DNA of 64,000 nucleotides, taken from positions 8,432,001 to 8,496,000 of the forward strand of contig NC_088815.1 in NCBI RefSeq assembly GCF_011386835.1, read 5' to 3'. A program made the position numbers and the translations under genes. The notes under the pieces were generated by a model, which did not search any database, had not been told where the DNA came from, and was given only the letters and a program-made list of their open reading frames with translations. Shown in pieces: positions 1 through 13,156 of this stretch (the first letter of the stretch is position 1; every line of letters begins with the position of its first letter). This DNA comes from Chrysemys picta bellii. Lineage: Eukaryota.

Positions 1-432
1 CCAAAAGTAACAGCTACAAGGCACTAAAGAAATGGACTATTTTCCCTACAGCACTTAACACACAGGCTAACTGGCCAAGTATCAGGGATGGAGCCATAAG
101 ACAACTATTAGTTTCTCATTAATGAAATATTGTCACTATAAATACCAGAAATACCATCACTAACCCAGTAAAATAACACTTGCACGCCGACAGCATCTGT
201 CCGCCAAGCATCTCCAAGCACTTTATAAACATTAACCTTTTGCCAAACTCCTGTAAGCCAGACACATTTTCACAGGTGGGGAAACTGAGGCACTGAACGG
301 CAAAGTGACTTGCCTATGGTGAGTCAGTGACCAAGCCAGGAATAGAGCCCCCAAGTTCTAACGCAGCACGTCGCTCTGACCACTAGCCCACACTGCTCAG
401 TGATTACAGATTTCTTCAGGAAGTGCCCTTAC

Positions 433-560
433 CTGAAGTCAGGGATTCCGGAAGCCGTACTGATCCCAGCTCCGGTGTGAAACACTACATTGGAAGAACC
501 CCTTATCAAGTCTGCTAACGCCCGCACTTTCCTCTCCAGCTCCTCCGGCGGGTCAAAAAT
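433..560 (-). CDS. SIRT6: SIRT6 coding exon 2 ([12 protein letters not shown]...[16 protein letters not shown]); gene continues left of the window
   Basis: Sirtuin NAD-binding motif [14 protein letters not shown]; 128-nt exon with AG acceptor (562-561) and GTAAG donor (432-428). Confidence 0.97.
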
Positions 561-948
561 CTGAGGGGAAAGAAAAATGGAAACGGAGAGCCAGAGAGAA
601 GCGTCCCTGCCACACCAGCACACAGGAAGGTGGATAAGCCACTGCACCCAGGCCACCCCGCTAAACTGCACAGCACGCCGAGTACAAGATTATAAATTGA
701 CTGAAGGGGGAAAAAAGTGTATTAGCACGGCATGGAGATAAACCAGCGCTGGCTGCCAAACCTCATGGCCTGGCATGGGGAGACGGCAACTAAGTGACCT
801 CAGGATGTTCAGATTTAAACCTCAAATCTGCTTCAGTGAGGTGAGGAGTCAGCGAGGTGAGGGAAAGCACCCCGGGGGGGGGGGGGGTAAGGGAAGTGCA
901 GGGCCCCATTGGGGGGGAAGGAGGGAAACGCAGGGCCCCCTTGGGGGG

Positions 949-1072
949 AAGGGTGACCAGACAGCAAATGTGAAAAATCAGGACGGGGGTGCGGGGTTAA
1001 TAGCAGCCTATGTAAGAAAAAGACCCAAATATCGGGACTGTCCCTATAAAATCAGGATAGCTGGTCACCCCA
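949..1072. mobile_element. ~123-bp hAT-type MITE (TAGGGTGACCAG TIR family) in SIRT6 intron 1
   Basis: Ends AGGGTGACCAG / CTGGTCACCC; internal sequence shared with copies at 2065, 13580, 37965 and 57731; TSD not recognisable here. Confidence 0.8.
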
Positions 1073-1084
1073 GAGAAGGTTGAG

Positions 1085-1962
<878 letters not shown>

Positions 1963-2064
1963 ATCCTGGCAATAATTGTCCCCCCCAGTAGCTGGGCAGA
2001 GCTCAGGCATGGAGCGTGGGGGAGTGGGCTGTGCCTGCTGGCTCTGCGCACCTGGCTCTGGGGG

Positions 2065-2186
2065 TGGGGTGTCCAGATGTCCCGATTTTATAGGGACAGT
2101 CCTGATATTTGGGGCTTTTTTTTATATAGGCTCCTATTACCCCCCACCCCGTCCCAGTTTTTTACACTTGCTGTCTGGTCACCCTA
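2065..2186. mobile_element. hAT-type MITE (TAGGGTGACCAG family) just upstream of SIRT6
   Basis: Ends TGGGGTGTCCAG / CTGGTCACCCTA; flanks TCTGGGGG / TCCGGGGG give a 7/8 match to an 8-bp TSD. Confidence 0.85.
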
Positions 2187-2387
2187 TCCGGGGGCTATGG
2201 GGAAAGGACAGGCCCTAGGGAACACACCCTCCCCTGAACACCACCGCCCTCCCCCAGGGTTGAAAAATCACAAGTCGGGCCTCACAAATGCTGAGATTGG
2301 CTGAAAAATTGTGGTTTTGAGGGTTTTTAAATAATAGATTTTGGATTATTTTGCTTTGCACTTTGTTTTGTGAACCCGGGGGGGGGG

Positions 2388-2962
2388 GGGGGTTGTCACG
2401 TGTCCGGTTTTCCACTGGAAGCAGCAGCATTTCCCCCCTCCGGATCCTACATGTAGGGGCAGCCAGGGGGCTCTGCACGCTACCCCCACCCCAAGCGCTG
2501 GCTCCACAGCTCGCATTGGCCAGGAATCATGGCCAATGGGCGCTGCGGGGCAGGGCTTGTGGACGGGGCAGAGCGCAGAGCTGCCTGGCCACTCCTCCAC
2601 GTAGGAGCCAGAGGGGGGACATGCCACTGCTTCTGGGAGCTGCTTGAGGTAAGCGCCACACATGGAGCCTGCACCCCTGACCCCTTCCTGCGCCCCAACC
2701 CCTTGCCCCAGCCCTGATCCCCCTCCCATCCTCCAAACCCCTCAGTCCCAGCCTGGAGCCCCCTCCTGCACCCCAAAACACTCATTTCCGGCCCCATACC
2801 TGAGCCTGCACCCCCAGCCCTCGCCACCTCCTGCACCCAGCCCCCTGAGCGAGTGAGGGTGGGGCCTTGGAGAAGGGGCGTGGCAGAGCCTCGGAGGAGG
2901 GGCGGGGTAGGGGGCAGGGCAAGGGTGTTTGGTTTTGTGTGAGTAGAAAGTTGGCAACCCTA
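2388..2962. mobile_element. ~575-bp non-autonomous hAT-like element (TAGGGTTGCCA-type TIR), apparently nested in an older AT-rich repeat (~2255-3055)
   Basis: Left end GGGTTGTCA, right end TTGGCAACCCTA; terminus related to the element at 44288-44918; left TSD obscured by poly-G. Confidence 0.65.
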
Positions 2963-4084
2963 GGGTTTTGACATATTTTCTAGTTTTCCTCCATAACTGT
3001 GAGGGCTAGAACTTTAAAAAAAAAACCACATGCAATCAAAGATTCTCACATAAACTTGCCTCCGGGGGCTGGGGCTTTAAGAAATACCCTAAATATCACA
3101 AGATATGCAATAAATTCACCAGCGTTGGCTTCATTTTTAAGGGGGTCCGTGGAATGCCGAGAATGTAGCTACAAAGTCCTAAAATGTATCTTCTGGCATC
3201 CTAAAATGTGGCCCTCATGCTCTCTCCTATTAACCATATGGTGAGGACAAAGCCGGTTTTTAGTGTTGGCCTTCTCAGGCTATTTCTAGACATCTCCCAA
3301 GGAAAATGCAAGCCCACACGCAAGTCCCTCACTATAATAAAGTCTGGGTTCTTGTGTGTTTTGCCCGTCATATTTTCCAAGAGACATTTTGACTGTACCT
3401 TTTTTTGGCAGGGAATGTACCTCCTTGTCCATATACAACATGCCCACCATGCTATGGTTGTTATAGGAAAATAAATAAATGATTAGAAAACACAGGTCCC
3501 GATCCTGCAAGAAACTCTGTGTTAGGCGTAGGGGGTCCATCTGCACAGAAGCAGGGCCATAGCATTATCTAGTGATTATGGGACTGGGTCGGGTGGGGGG
3601 GGGTCAGGATACTTAATTTTTATTCCTCACTCTGCTACTGCTTCATGCAGTGATCCTGGGTAAGTCACGTCACTGCTCTGTGACTCAGTTACTCCATCTG
3701 TAAATTTTTGGGGAAAATAATATCCACCTCACAGTGGGGTTGTGTGAGGCAGACTCAGCCCTCGGAGAGCCTGAGTTGAAAGGCGCTATGAAAAAGGAAA
3801 CACATCATTTAATAAAATGGTTAAACATTTTGGCCCAGAGTCGCAAAGGTATTTAGGTTCCTAATATCCATTGAAAGCAATCGAAGTTCCGACCCTAACT
3901 ACCTTTGTGGAGCCGAGCCTTTGGAACTCACGCCGAAGGGGAACATTTCACGCAACAAACGAAGGCCGTGATCCACCAAGCTGCTCCACATGGATGGGCG
4001 TCTGTGATCGCACAGAACCTGGCCGATGGATTTCAGTGGGGCTCCATGTAAGTGCTGGGATCCACCCACAGGAAGTAGCTTGCA

Positions 4085-5191
4085 TAGGGTTACCATTCGT
4101 CCGGATTTACCCGGACATGTCCTCCTTTTTGTGCTAAAAATAGCGTCCGGGGGGAATTTGTAAAGCACTCACAATGTCCGGGATTTCCCCCCTCCCCCGG
4201 CAGAGCAGAGCGAGCGGCTGGGAGGGCTGCAGGAAAGTCCCGGGCTGGACTCCGGAGCAGCTGTAGAGGAGCCGGATCCGCCCTGCATTCTGAGCCGGCA
4301 GCTCTCCCCTGCAGCCCGGTCCAGCAGCACTGTGCAGGGCCAGGGACCGGGTTTTGTTGTGCTGGGGAGCGCAGCCACGTGTCCGGCTCGGCTCGCACAG
4401 AGCCCAACACCCTGTTCTGAGCAGAAGGGTAAGGGGGCCAGGGGCAGGAGAAGGGGCAGGGAGGTTCTGGAGGGGGCAGTCAAGAAACGGGGGGGGGGCT
4501 TTTTGGGGGGAGTGGAGAAAGTTTTGGGCAGTCAGGGTACAAGTAGGGGGTAGGGTCCTGGGGGGCAGTTGGGGGGGGTCTTAGGAGGGGGCAGTTAGGG
4601 GACAAGGAACAGGGAGTCTTAGGTAGGGGGTGGGGTTCTGGAGGGCAGTTAGGAGCAGGGGTCCCAGGAGGGGGCAGTCAGGGGACAAGGAGCGGGGGGG
4701 TGGGGGGCTAGGAGTTCTGGGGGGGAGCTGTCAGGGGGCAGGAGTGGGGAGAGGGATCGGAGCAGTCAGGGGACAGGGAGCAGAGGGGTTTAGATGGGTT
4801 GCGAGTTCTGGGGGGGGCTGTCAGGGGGCAGGAGTGCGGAGAGGGATCGGAGCAGTCAGGGGACAGGGAGCAGAGGGGTTTAGATGGGTTGGGAGTTCTG
4901 GGGGGGCTGTCAGGGGTTGGGGAGTGGTTGGATGGGGCGTGGGAGTCCCAGGGGTCTGTCTGGGGGTGGGGGTGTGGATAAGGGTTGGGGCAGTCAGGGG
5001 ACAAGAGGCAGGGAGGCTTAGATAGGGAGTGGAGTCCTGGGGGGCAGTTAGGGGCAGGGGTCCCAGGAGGGGGCAGTCAGGGGACAAGGAACAGGGGGAG
5101 GGTTGGGGGTTCTGGGGGGGCGGGAAGTGGGAGGAGCTAGGGCGGGGCTCCTCCCGTCCTCTTTTTTGCTTGCTGAAATATGGTAACCCTA
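4085..5191. mobile_element. 1.1-kb non-autonomous hAT DNA transposon
   Basis: 12-bp TIR TAGGGTTACCAT / ATGGTAACCCTA; perfect 8-bp TSD AGCTTGCA at 4077-4084 and 5192-5199; internal ~84-bp tandem duplication; no transposase ORF. Confidence 0.92.
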
Positions 5192-6742
5192 AGCTTGCAG
5201 CATCACGGCCTAAAGAAATAAGGCCCAGATCCTCAAAGGTACGTAGGCTCCTAACTTCCGAGTTGGGCCTAAATGAACGAGATCCTGGTGCAGGTGAACC
5301 ATTTCCTTTTGCTGCTGCCTTCCAGGTCCTTAAAGGTACAGAGACTATGTAGCCTGGTTGTTGGGAGCTAGCAGAAAGTGAAACGAAGCAGCCAGGCAGA
5401 TGTATAAGGCCTGGTCACGAGTCGAGAGCTGCTGAGTACTCGTAACTGGGCTAGGCCGCCCCTATGCACAGAAAGGTGTTCAGTCAAGTGCTGTCACCAC
5501 CACCCAGTACTGAGCAACATCCTGCTTTGGAGAGGTAACTGTACCTGTAGCAGGTGAGTAACTTAATTCCCACTGCAGCTAAGTCCCACCCCTTGCCTGT
5601 CCTCATTGGTGGCGACACCAGCTAGCTCCGGCTGCGCCACCTCTGATACGTGAGATTCCTTCAATGAGACTGAAGTAAGGAGACACTTCTCAGGTTCTTC
5701 TGCCCTGGGTGCAGAACAGAGCGAGAGGGAGAAGGAGCCCGCCCTGCCGCGCTCAGGACTATCAGCAAGGTAGGGAAGGGGTTTGGGAGGGGTGATGGAA
5801 AGGCCCCAGGGCTGAGTGAATAGCCACCCCATTCTGCCGAGCCCTTCCAATGCAGGTTTCACATATTTAAGATCAGAAACGAGGGACTCTCTGCTGCTGG
5901 AGCTCAGTAAGTGTTCGGTCGAATATATTAAGCCATATAAATCACTCCGTAGAGAGGCATGTTCCCATGGCAGTAGACATGTCCTGAAGGGGACCCTACA
6001 AAGCTGCTGAGAATAGCGAGATTAGCAAGGAGGCACGTTCCCCTATGAAAGAGAGCGATCTTGATGTTTACAAGGCAATACCAATATGCCATGCTGCATT
6101 GAGTCAGCTCCTCTCCTGGCAGGTTGCCTCGGCACCGCAGAAGGCACGGCCCAGGCAAATTTAACAATCCAGTGTGGGGTGAGGAGGGAGAGAGTGCTAT
6201 CTAGTGATTAGAGCAGAGAACTCAGAATCAGGGCTCAGGGTTTCTGTTCCCAGCTCTACCACCAATTTGCCAGTCACTCTTGGGCAACTCTTAGCTTCGT
6301 CTCTCAGTTTCCCCACCGGTAACATGGAAATAAGAACATCTAACTCTAACAAGTGTTCTGAGGCTTCATTTATTGGCTCTAAAATGCTTTGAGAGCCTCA
6401 GGTGCACTAGAAGTACACGTAATATAGTGTGCAGGGAACTAGGCAGAGGCTAGGGTAACAGGACACGGTGTGGCGTGCATCCTGACATGATATGCCCAGA
6501 GGACGAGACACCCCATTTCTAACACAGCATACAGGCTAATGGTACCTTGATGGAAAGATCACATGACTTGATGCATCTCAGTGGCAGAGCACAGAGTGAC
6601 AAGCTGGCAGGTCCCTATGCCGGCCAAGTACAAGCGAGAAATCAAACGTCAAGTGTTCCGAGGCAGTTGATGCTGGTAGGAGCAAACAAATGGAAGAGAA
6701 GGGACGTGTGCATTTGAAATCAGCATCTGGCACCCCCTAAGC

Positions 6743-6887
6743 CAGTGGTTCTCAACCTGCGGCCACTTGCGGCCCATGTGACATCCTCAGGGCCATACAG
6801 GGAGTATATATGTTGTGTGGATGTGGCCCACATAAGACAGAGAGCTGCATATGCTCCCCACAGTGGTAAATAGGTGGAGAACCACTG
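6743..6887. mobile_element. hAT-Charlie-like MITE (145 bp)
   Basis: TIR CAGTGGTTCTCAACC / GGTGGAGAACCACTG; TSD CCCTAAGC / CCCTAAGG. Confidence 0.85.
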
Positions 6888-7158
6888 CCCTAAGGTTTGG
6901 CTCATTTTGGTGACAAGTCAGTAAAGAAAGGTTGCATGAGTCTGAATTTTTGGATGAAGCCGAGCACCGTTCTGTGCTACACCATGTCTTCCCACTGCTC
7001 GTACACAGCAGTCTATTGAGTGGCTTGGTCCGGTGTCATGTATCATGACGGGAGGCAGCTCCACCTTTAAACACTGAAAGAGTTTTGATTGCCTCACTGG
7101 GATGTGGGGAGAAGTGGGAATGTTTGAATTTACACCCGGCGTTTAGCTTCTGATAGAG

Positions 7159-7375
7159 CAGGGGTCCTCAAACTTTTGTACTGGTGACCCCTTTCACACA
7201 GAAAGCCTCTGAATGTGACCCCCCTTATAAATTAAAAACACTTTATATATTTAACACCATTATAAATGCTGGCGGCAAAGCGGGGTTTGGGGTGGAGGCC
7301 GACAGCTCGCGACCCCCCCATGTAATAACCTCGTGACCCCCTGAAGGGTCACGACCCCCAGTTTGAGAACCCCTG
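7159..7375. mobile_element. hAT-Charlie-like MITE (217 bp)
   Basis: TIR CAGGGGTCCTCAAACT / AGTTTGAGAACCCCTG; TSD TGATAGAG / CGATAGAG. Confidence 0.85.
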
Positions 7376-7477
7376 CGATAGAGAGACCAGGCTTCACTCA
7401 TACCTTAAAACATCATTATGTTCCTTGTTCAGAGACTTCCCCTGAAACAGAGACAGAGCGTGAGAACTCAAGCCAGC

Positions 7478-7513
7478 ATGAAAAGCCTGAAGGCCAAGTT
7501 TAAGAAGACTGAA
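7478..7513 (+). CDS. ANKRD24: ANKRD24 first coding exon, isoform A (MKSLKAKFKKTE)
   Basis: RAI14/UACA/ANKRD24-family N-terminus; GTGAGT donor at 7514, phase 0; acceptor ttccttgttcAG at 7432 implies an upstream non-coding exon. Confidence 0.9.
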
Positions 7514-7889
7514 GTGAGTATTGCTGAAGGGGGGCTGGTGATTCAGTAGGGGGCGCTCTCCTTTGTGGCACTGCCAGACTGATGCCCCAGGATGATGCTA
7601 GTGGACACTGTGTTGCTGGAGGTGCTGTTTCTCCAATGAGAAATGAACAGAAACCCTGACTGCTTGTGATCATGAAAGACATTTTTGCAAGAGGGAGGGT
7701 ATTGCCACCCACGGCCAAATGACAGCTTGGGTCATTTAAATTCTAGCAACCTAAGTTCCCCCCCGGCCGTTTCAACTGGATGCAGCATTATCCACTCCCG
7801 GTCCATCACCGAGGAGTCACAAAGAGTGTGTTTCATACAGTCAGTTTGGGAAGAGCTCTGGGCCCCATCTGCATGAAGAAGATGCTGAA

Positions 7890-8068
7890 GGGGACAGAGA
7901 GTTCAGTGGTTTGAGCATTGGCCTGCTAAACCCAGGGTTATGAGCTCAATCCTTGAGGGGGCCATTTAGGGATCGGGGGCAAAAATCTGTCTGGGGATCA
8001 GTCCTGCTTTGAGTATGGGGTTGGACTAAATGACCTCCTGAAATCCCTTCCAACCCTGAGATCTATGA
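7890..8068 (+). mobile_element. tRNA-derived SINE with CR1-type 3' tail (tortoise PolIII/SINE-like)
   Basis: Degenerate A/B boxes; tail gggttggactaaatgacctcc...ccttccaaccctgagatctatga; homologous to the 33488 copy. Confidence 0.85.
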
Positions 8069-9373
8069 AGGAAAGTAAAGGGCAGAAACAAGGTAGAGGT
8101 GGGGAGCCAAGGTGGAATTTTAGGCCACAATTCTACAGCCAACTCCGCATAGACAGATCCTTGTGCTTGGCAGAGCCAGCTGCAGGTCTGGGGATTTTGT
8201 ACTGCATTCACACAAAGAAGGTGCATGCTCAAGGATCACGGATACCAACGCGCACTCACTGATCCGCCAGACCTGCAGTGATGTCTGCTCTCCACCTGGC
8301 ACAGAGAGCTCTCCAGCTGCTGCTGGGGGGACTAGTCCGACAGAACAGGGTCGCCGGCTTGCCATGGTATAGGAGAGGTTTCTCACTCAGGTTTCCAGAT
8401 CTGCAGAGCCAAGCGAGTCAGGTTTCCACTGGGGCGGAATTAAGCCTAGGAGACAGAAAATCAACACTCTTCAATTATTTAGCAACAAAGGAGGCATCCA
8501 GAGTGCCAGCTTTAGCTTTGTGCATGCAGTGTGGATAACACAGAGCTTCCCCTCCCAGCTGTAAGATGAAGGCAGAGGCCGAGCTGATGGGAAGCTCTGG
8601 AGGAGACAGTCTGTGGATCCCCCATATGTGCAGAGAAATGGAGCTCGGAACAAAAGCACAACCTCCAGTTAGAAGGCAGAGAGAGAGTTCTCTAACTTTG
8701 CCATCTGGGTGCCAGGGCTGCAGATTTCATACCTACCAGACACAGAGCTCTCATCTGAGGAACCGGATACTGTGTCCACATGCCACATAAATAGGTTTGT
8801 GTTGGTACTTTTTTTTTTTTTAATTTAAAGTTTCCAAGCGGAGCAGCACAGTGGAAGCAGTATGCATGTGCCTGGGATGTTAGTCTCAGCCCTCTCCTTG
8901 ACTCCCTGTCTGCCTCCAGAAAAGTCACTTAGCAATTCCATGCCTCAGTTTCCCCAGTCGATGTAAGGGGAATAATGATACTTATCCCCTTTGTAGCTCT
9001 ATGGATCACAAGCGTACAAAGTGCTAGGTGTAGTGATCACATCGTGTTAGTGTAGAACATTGTCCTATAAACCTATTAACTGGTGGGATGCCTCAGCAGG
9101 AAACAACAGGTCCTCTCCTCAAAGGGTAACATTCAGCGTGCCCCATGCCTCTGGACAGTCTTCCCTTCCCACAGACATTCTCCCCCCAACTCCTTCCTAG
9201 CAACTAATGTAGGGTCCTTCCCCTGGGCATCTGAGCAAGGCCAAGCTGAGCTTAACCCTTTGCTCACCGGGATCCTGGAAGTCCCAGTGCGTCCTGTCAC
9301 AGCATGATTTAGGGGGATTTTTCCAGCCTCAGCCCGTGATTCCTGGCCCCATGACTCTGATCACTCCAAAGTA

Positions 9374-9514
9374 TCATTCAAAGTTGCATCTGACGAAGTG
9401 GGTTTTTTACCCACGAAAGCTTATGCCCAAATAAATCTGTTAGTCTTTAAGGTGGCACCGGACTTCTTGTTGTTTTTGTGGATACAGACTAACACGGCTA
9501 CCCCCTGATACTTT
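9374..9514 (+). mobile_element. Penelope-like element terminal fragment (single arm) carrying a hammerhead motif
   Basis: 11-bp TSD ACTCCAAAGTA (9363-9373 / 9515-9525); shares ttagtct.taaggt...gatacagactaacacggct with the copies at 35693, 47512 and 53187. Confidence 0.8.
9386..9426 (+). ncRNA. Minimal type I hammerhead ribozyme motif (PLE-type), canonical CUGACGA core
   Basis: GCAU-CUGACGA-A-GUGGG[UUUUUUA]CCCAC-GAAA-GC-UU-AUGC: stem I GCAU/AUGC, stem II GUGGG/CCCAC, palindromic AAGCUU in place of helix III; activity untested. Confidence 0.75.
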
Positions 9515-9697
9515 ACTCCAAAGTAGGCATCCAAACTGCTTCAGCGTATTCAGAGCCACATGGAAACAGGGACGCCAGTGTCCTCAACAGGGTCACAGGC
9601 CGATGTTGTTCGTAAAACAATATTGGGGGTGGGCATCCCTATGGCCTGGGGTCACTGTCCCCTTGATTTGGGGTGGGAATCCTTGGGGGAGGGGTGC

Positions 9698-9840
9698 CTC
9701 TGCTGCCCTGGCTTTGGTTTGGGGGGGTCCTTCCTGCCTGGGGTCCCTGATCCCCTGGCTTGGGGGGGTGTCTCTGCTGCCCTGGCTTTGGTTTTGGGGG
9801 GGTCCTTCCTGCCTGGGGTCCCTGATCCCCTGGCTTGGGG
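9698..9840. repeat. Tandem duplication, 74-bp period, 2 copies
   Basis: ctctgctgccctggctttggttt...gatcccctggcttggggg starts at 9698 and 9772. Confidence 0.85.
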
Positions 9841-9959
9841 GTGGGGAGAGGAGGAAAGAGTCTCTGCTCCCCGGATTGGGGCGGTGGGTTCTTCGTTTCC
9901 TGGCCCTGGGGGGGGATCGGTATGGGGGGCTCCCCCCCCGCCCGTGGCGGCTCTGCCCG

Positions 9960-10129
9960 GCTCTCTCCGCAGGCAGGGGGCAGGCGCCGCCCGGGCTCCC
10001 CAGCCGCCGGCCGAGGGAGGGAGGCGGATCCGCCGCTGTGACTGAAGCTGCCGCGGGAGCCCGGCTCAGAGGGGCGGGCGGCGGCGGGATCCGGGCGGGT
10101 GGATGGCGGCCCGCCCGCTGCTGGGCACC
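9960..10129 (+). promoter_or_regulatory. CpG-island alternative promoter / 5' UTR of ANKRD24 isoform B
   Basis: Dense CpGs and GGGGCGGGC GC-boxes immediately 5' of the ATG at 10130; no obvious splice acceptor. Confidence 0.65.
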
Positions 10130-10168
10130 ATGAAGCAGATCTGCCTCTGCGCGGCCGCCTCCTTCGCG
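10130..10168 (+). CDS. ANKRD24: ANKRD24 alternative first coding exon, isoform B (MKQICLCAAASFA)
   Basis: Kozak-like cacc-ATG; 39 nt; GTACGT donor at 10169, phase 0, in frame with the shared exon at 12483. Confidence 0.8.
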
Positions 10169-10244
10169 GTACGTCCCGCCCGACCTTCCCCGGCCCGGCC
10201 CGGCCGCCGCCTGCTCCCGCTGGGCATCTGCGGCGCGGGGACCG

Positions 10245-10955
10245 GCCCAGCTCCCCCCGGGGCTTGCCAATGCACCCCCTGCCCCCCCGGCTCGCCCCCC
10301 GGCTGCCCATGCACCCCCCTGCCCCCCGGCTCCCCCCCCTGGCTGCCCATGCACCCCCTGCCCCCCGGCTGCCCATGCACCCCCCTGCCCCCCGGCTCGC
10401 CCCCCGGCTGCCAATGCACCCCCTGCCCCCCGGCTGCCAATGCACCCCCTGCCCCCCGGCTCCCCCCCCCGGCTCCCCATGCACCCCCTGCCCCCCCGGC
10501 TCCCCCCCGGGCTGCCCGTGCACCCCCCGTCCCCCGGCTCCCCCCCCGGCTCCCCATGCACCCCTTGCCCCCCGGCTCCCCCCCGGGCTGCCCGTGCACC
10601 CCCCGGCTCCCCCCCCCGGCTTCCCCCCCGGCTCCCCATGCACCCCCTGTCCCCCGGCTCCCCATGCATCCCCTGCCCCCAGCTCACCCCCTTATCTGCC
10701 CATGCACCCCCTGCCCCCTGGCTGCCCATGCACCCCCTGCCCCCGGCTCCCCCGAGCTGCCCATGCACCCCTCGACCCCCAGCTCCCCTCCCTGGCTGCC
10801 CATGCACCCTCGCCCCCCCAGTTCCCCCCCAGGCTGCCCATGCACCCCCTGCCCTCTGGATCCCCCCCAGGCTGCACATGCCCTCCCTGCCCCCCAGCCA
10901 GGCTGCCCATGCACCCCCTGTCCCCCGGGCTGCCCATGCACCCCTTGACCCCACC
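10245..10955. repeat. C-rich minisatellite (26-bp unit ggctgcccatgcaccccctgcccccc plus ~11-bp ggctccccccc sub-units)
   Basis: Roughly 20 visible recurrences; generates the spurious 200-470 aa Pro/Gly ORFs. Confidence 0.92.
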
Positions 10956-12314
10956 CTCTACCTCTGCAGGGAGCACATGCCCCTGTCCCCCCAGTTCTGG
11001 GGTGCATTTGCCCTCCCTGGCACTTGCACCCCAGCTGCCTAAGCTGTGCATGTCCCTCCTGCCCCCCCTCTCCAGGTGGTGCCTCCTCCCCTCCCTCTCC
11101 CTGTGCTGCACCATGTTCACCTCTCTCCCCATCCCCCTCCTGGCTGCCCCTGCACACACACCCCTCCCCCTTCCGGGTTTTCCATGCACCCCCTGCCCTA
11201 GTCTACCTATCAATTTCCTCATCCCCGGGAGGCTGATCCCCCACCCCCATGCCCTGCCCCCACCTCCCTGTCCATGGGTTACTCTAGGCTCCTGGCACCA
11301 GCGTGAGCTCACGTCAATGAGATCTGGAAGAACAAGGCAGCTGTTCCTAGTGGGATGTGCTCCGGAGACGAGCTGGGTGCCTGCAGGTTCTGTTGATTTC
11401 AGGATGAATTGCAGGGCTCAGCGCCCATCCAGCTTGGTGTTGTTAGTGCGGCCCGGGGTGCTGAGGGCTGGACCATCAAAGGTGGCTAGTAGTTGTATGG
11501 GCCAAGGATTAGGAGTGGTTTAGGAACCAGCCTGCAGGAATCGATGACATTCTCCGCTCTCAAAAGGTGACTCCCATTTTTACCGCAGCAGAATTGTCCT
11601 TTATAGGCAGCCACCCTCTGGATTTAATTAGGAGCGTCAGTGCTTTCCCTCCACCCGTGCTTGGTGTCATTGAATTAAACCTGCACCCCGGCACTTCGGT
11701 ACCCGGGGAGAGCCAATGTGGAACCCCGCTGCCCCGATGGGGTGATGGTGATTAGGCCCCAAGTATGCAAAAGTTTGTTCCCATGCTTAGCTGCGTGCTG
11801 CATGCACTGTGGTGTGCAAATCTAAGCACCTATGTAAGTCTTTGCGGGATCAGGACCTTAATGGGGAACTGTGGCTGCATCTTGGCTGCAGGGAGACAAG
11901 CAAGGGATGAAACCCACGAGAGGGGTTCTTTAATCTGGTGGCATGGGAGGGAGATGGAAAGTGACGTGTTCCCACAAATTCTGCTGTGAGTTTTCTCGGT
12001 GGAGCTCAGTTCGCTTGGTTCCCAGGTGTTGGCAGCTTGCAACGCAGACCAGTGGATTCTCAACGTTTTACAGAAAAGTCCAATGCAAAGCTGATTACAA
12101 GACAAAAAGAAAACGTCTCTGGCAGGCACGGAGATCAAAGCGTGATGTCAGCTGGGATTCCCTGGAACCCCGTTGCCAGCCAAACCGCAGGGAGTTCAGA
12201 GAAGAGCAGCAAACCCGCAGAGAGGCTGGAGGGACTGGCTTGTGAGCACCGCGTCAAAGAAGGAAAGCCGTTTTTCAAAAGCGGTCATCAACAGCAGGAT
12301 CTAGGCCTAAGTGA

Positions 12315-12614
<300 letters not shown>

Positions 12615-13009
12615 TGAGTCACTTCCCCTGCTAAAAAGACTGGGCCAGAGTCTCGGTTGCCCCCATCTCTGAGTTTGGGGTGATAGCTTTAAGGCACCGT
12701 TGCACTCCCCATAGCATGGGGCCTTGCCTGGGCTGTGGCATATGTGAGAGCAACCCCAAGGCTGCTCTCTCACACGCTTTGCTTCTCACAGTCCCCCTAG
12801 TCACAAGCGGCCCTATGGTAACACACCAGTGGGTGTGGCCAAGAGTTGATCAGCAACCCTACAAAAACAAACCAGAGGGGAAAAGATTGGCAAGGGAACA
12901 GATTAGTCACGAGTTGGTTTTTTTTAGTAAATACAGAAACTTCTTGGACTCTGGCCTTTTAAGCAGAGCCAGCGTGTGGGTAGTGGCGGGAGGGGTCTCT
13001 GGAGTATGA

Positions 13010-13156
<147 letters not shown>

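Noticed and set aside
9593-11523. Long ORFs (453, 334, 474, 281 aa) on both strands
   Set aside because: Pro/Gly/Cys low-complexity translations of the C-rich minisatellite, which lacks stop codons; only 10130-10168 has exon signals
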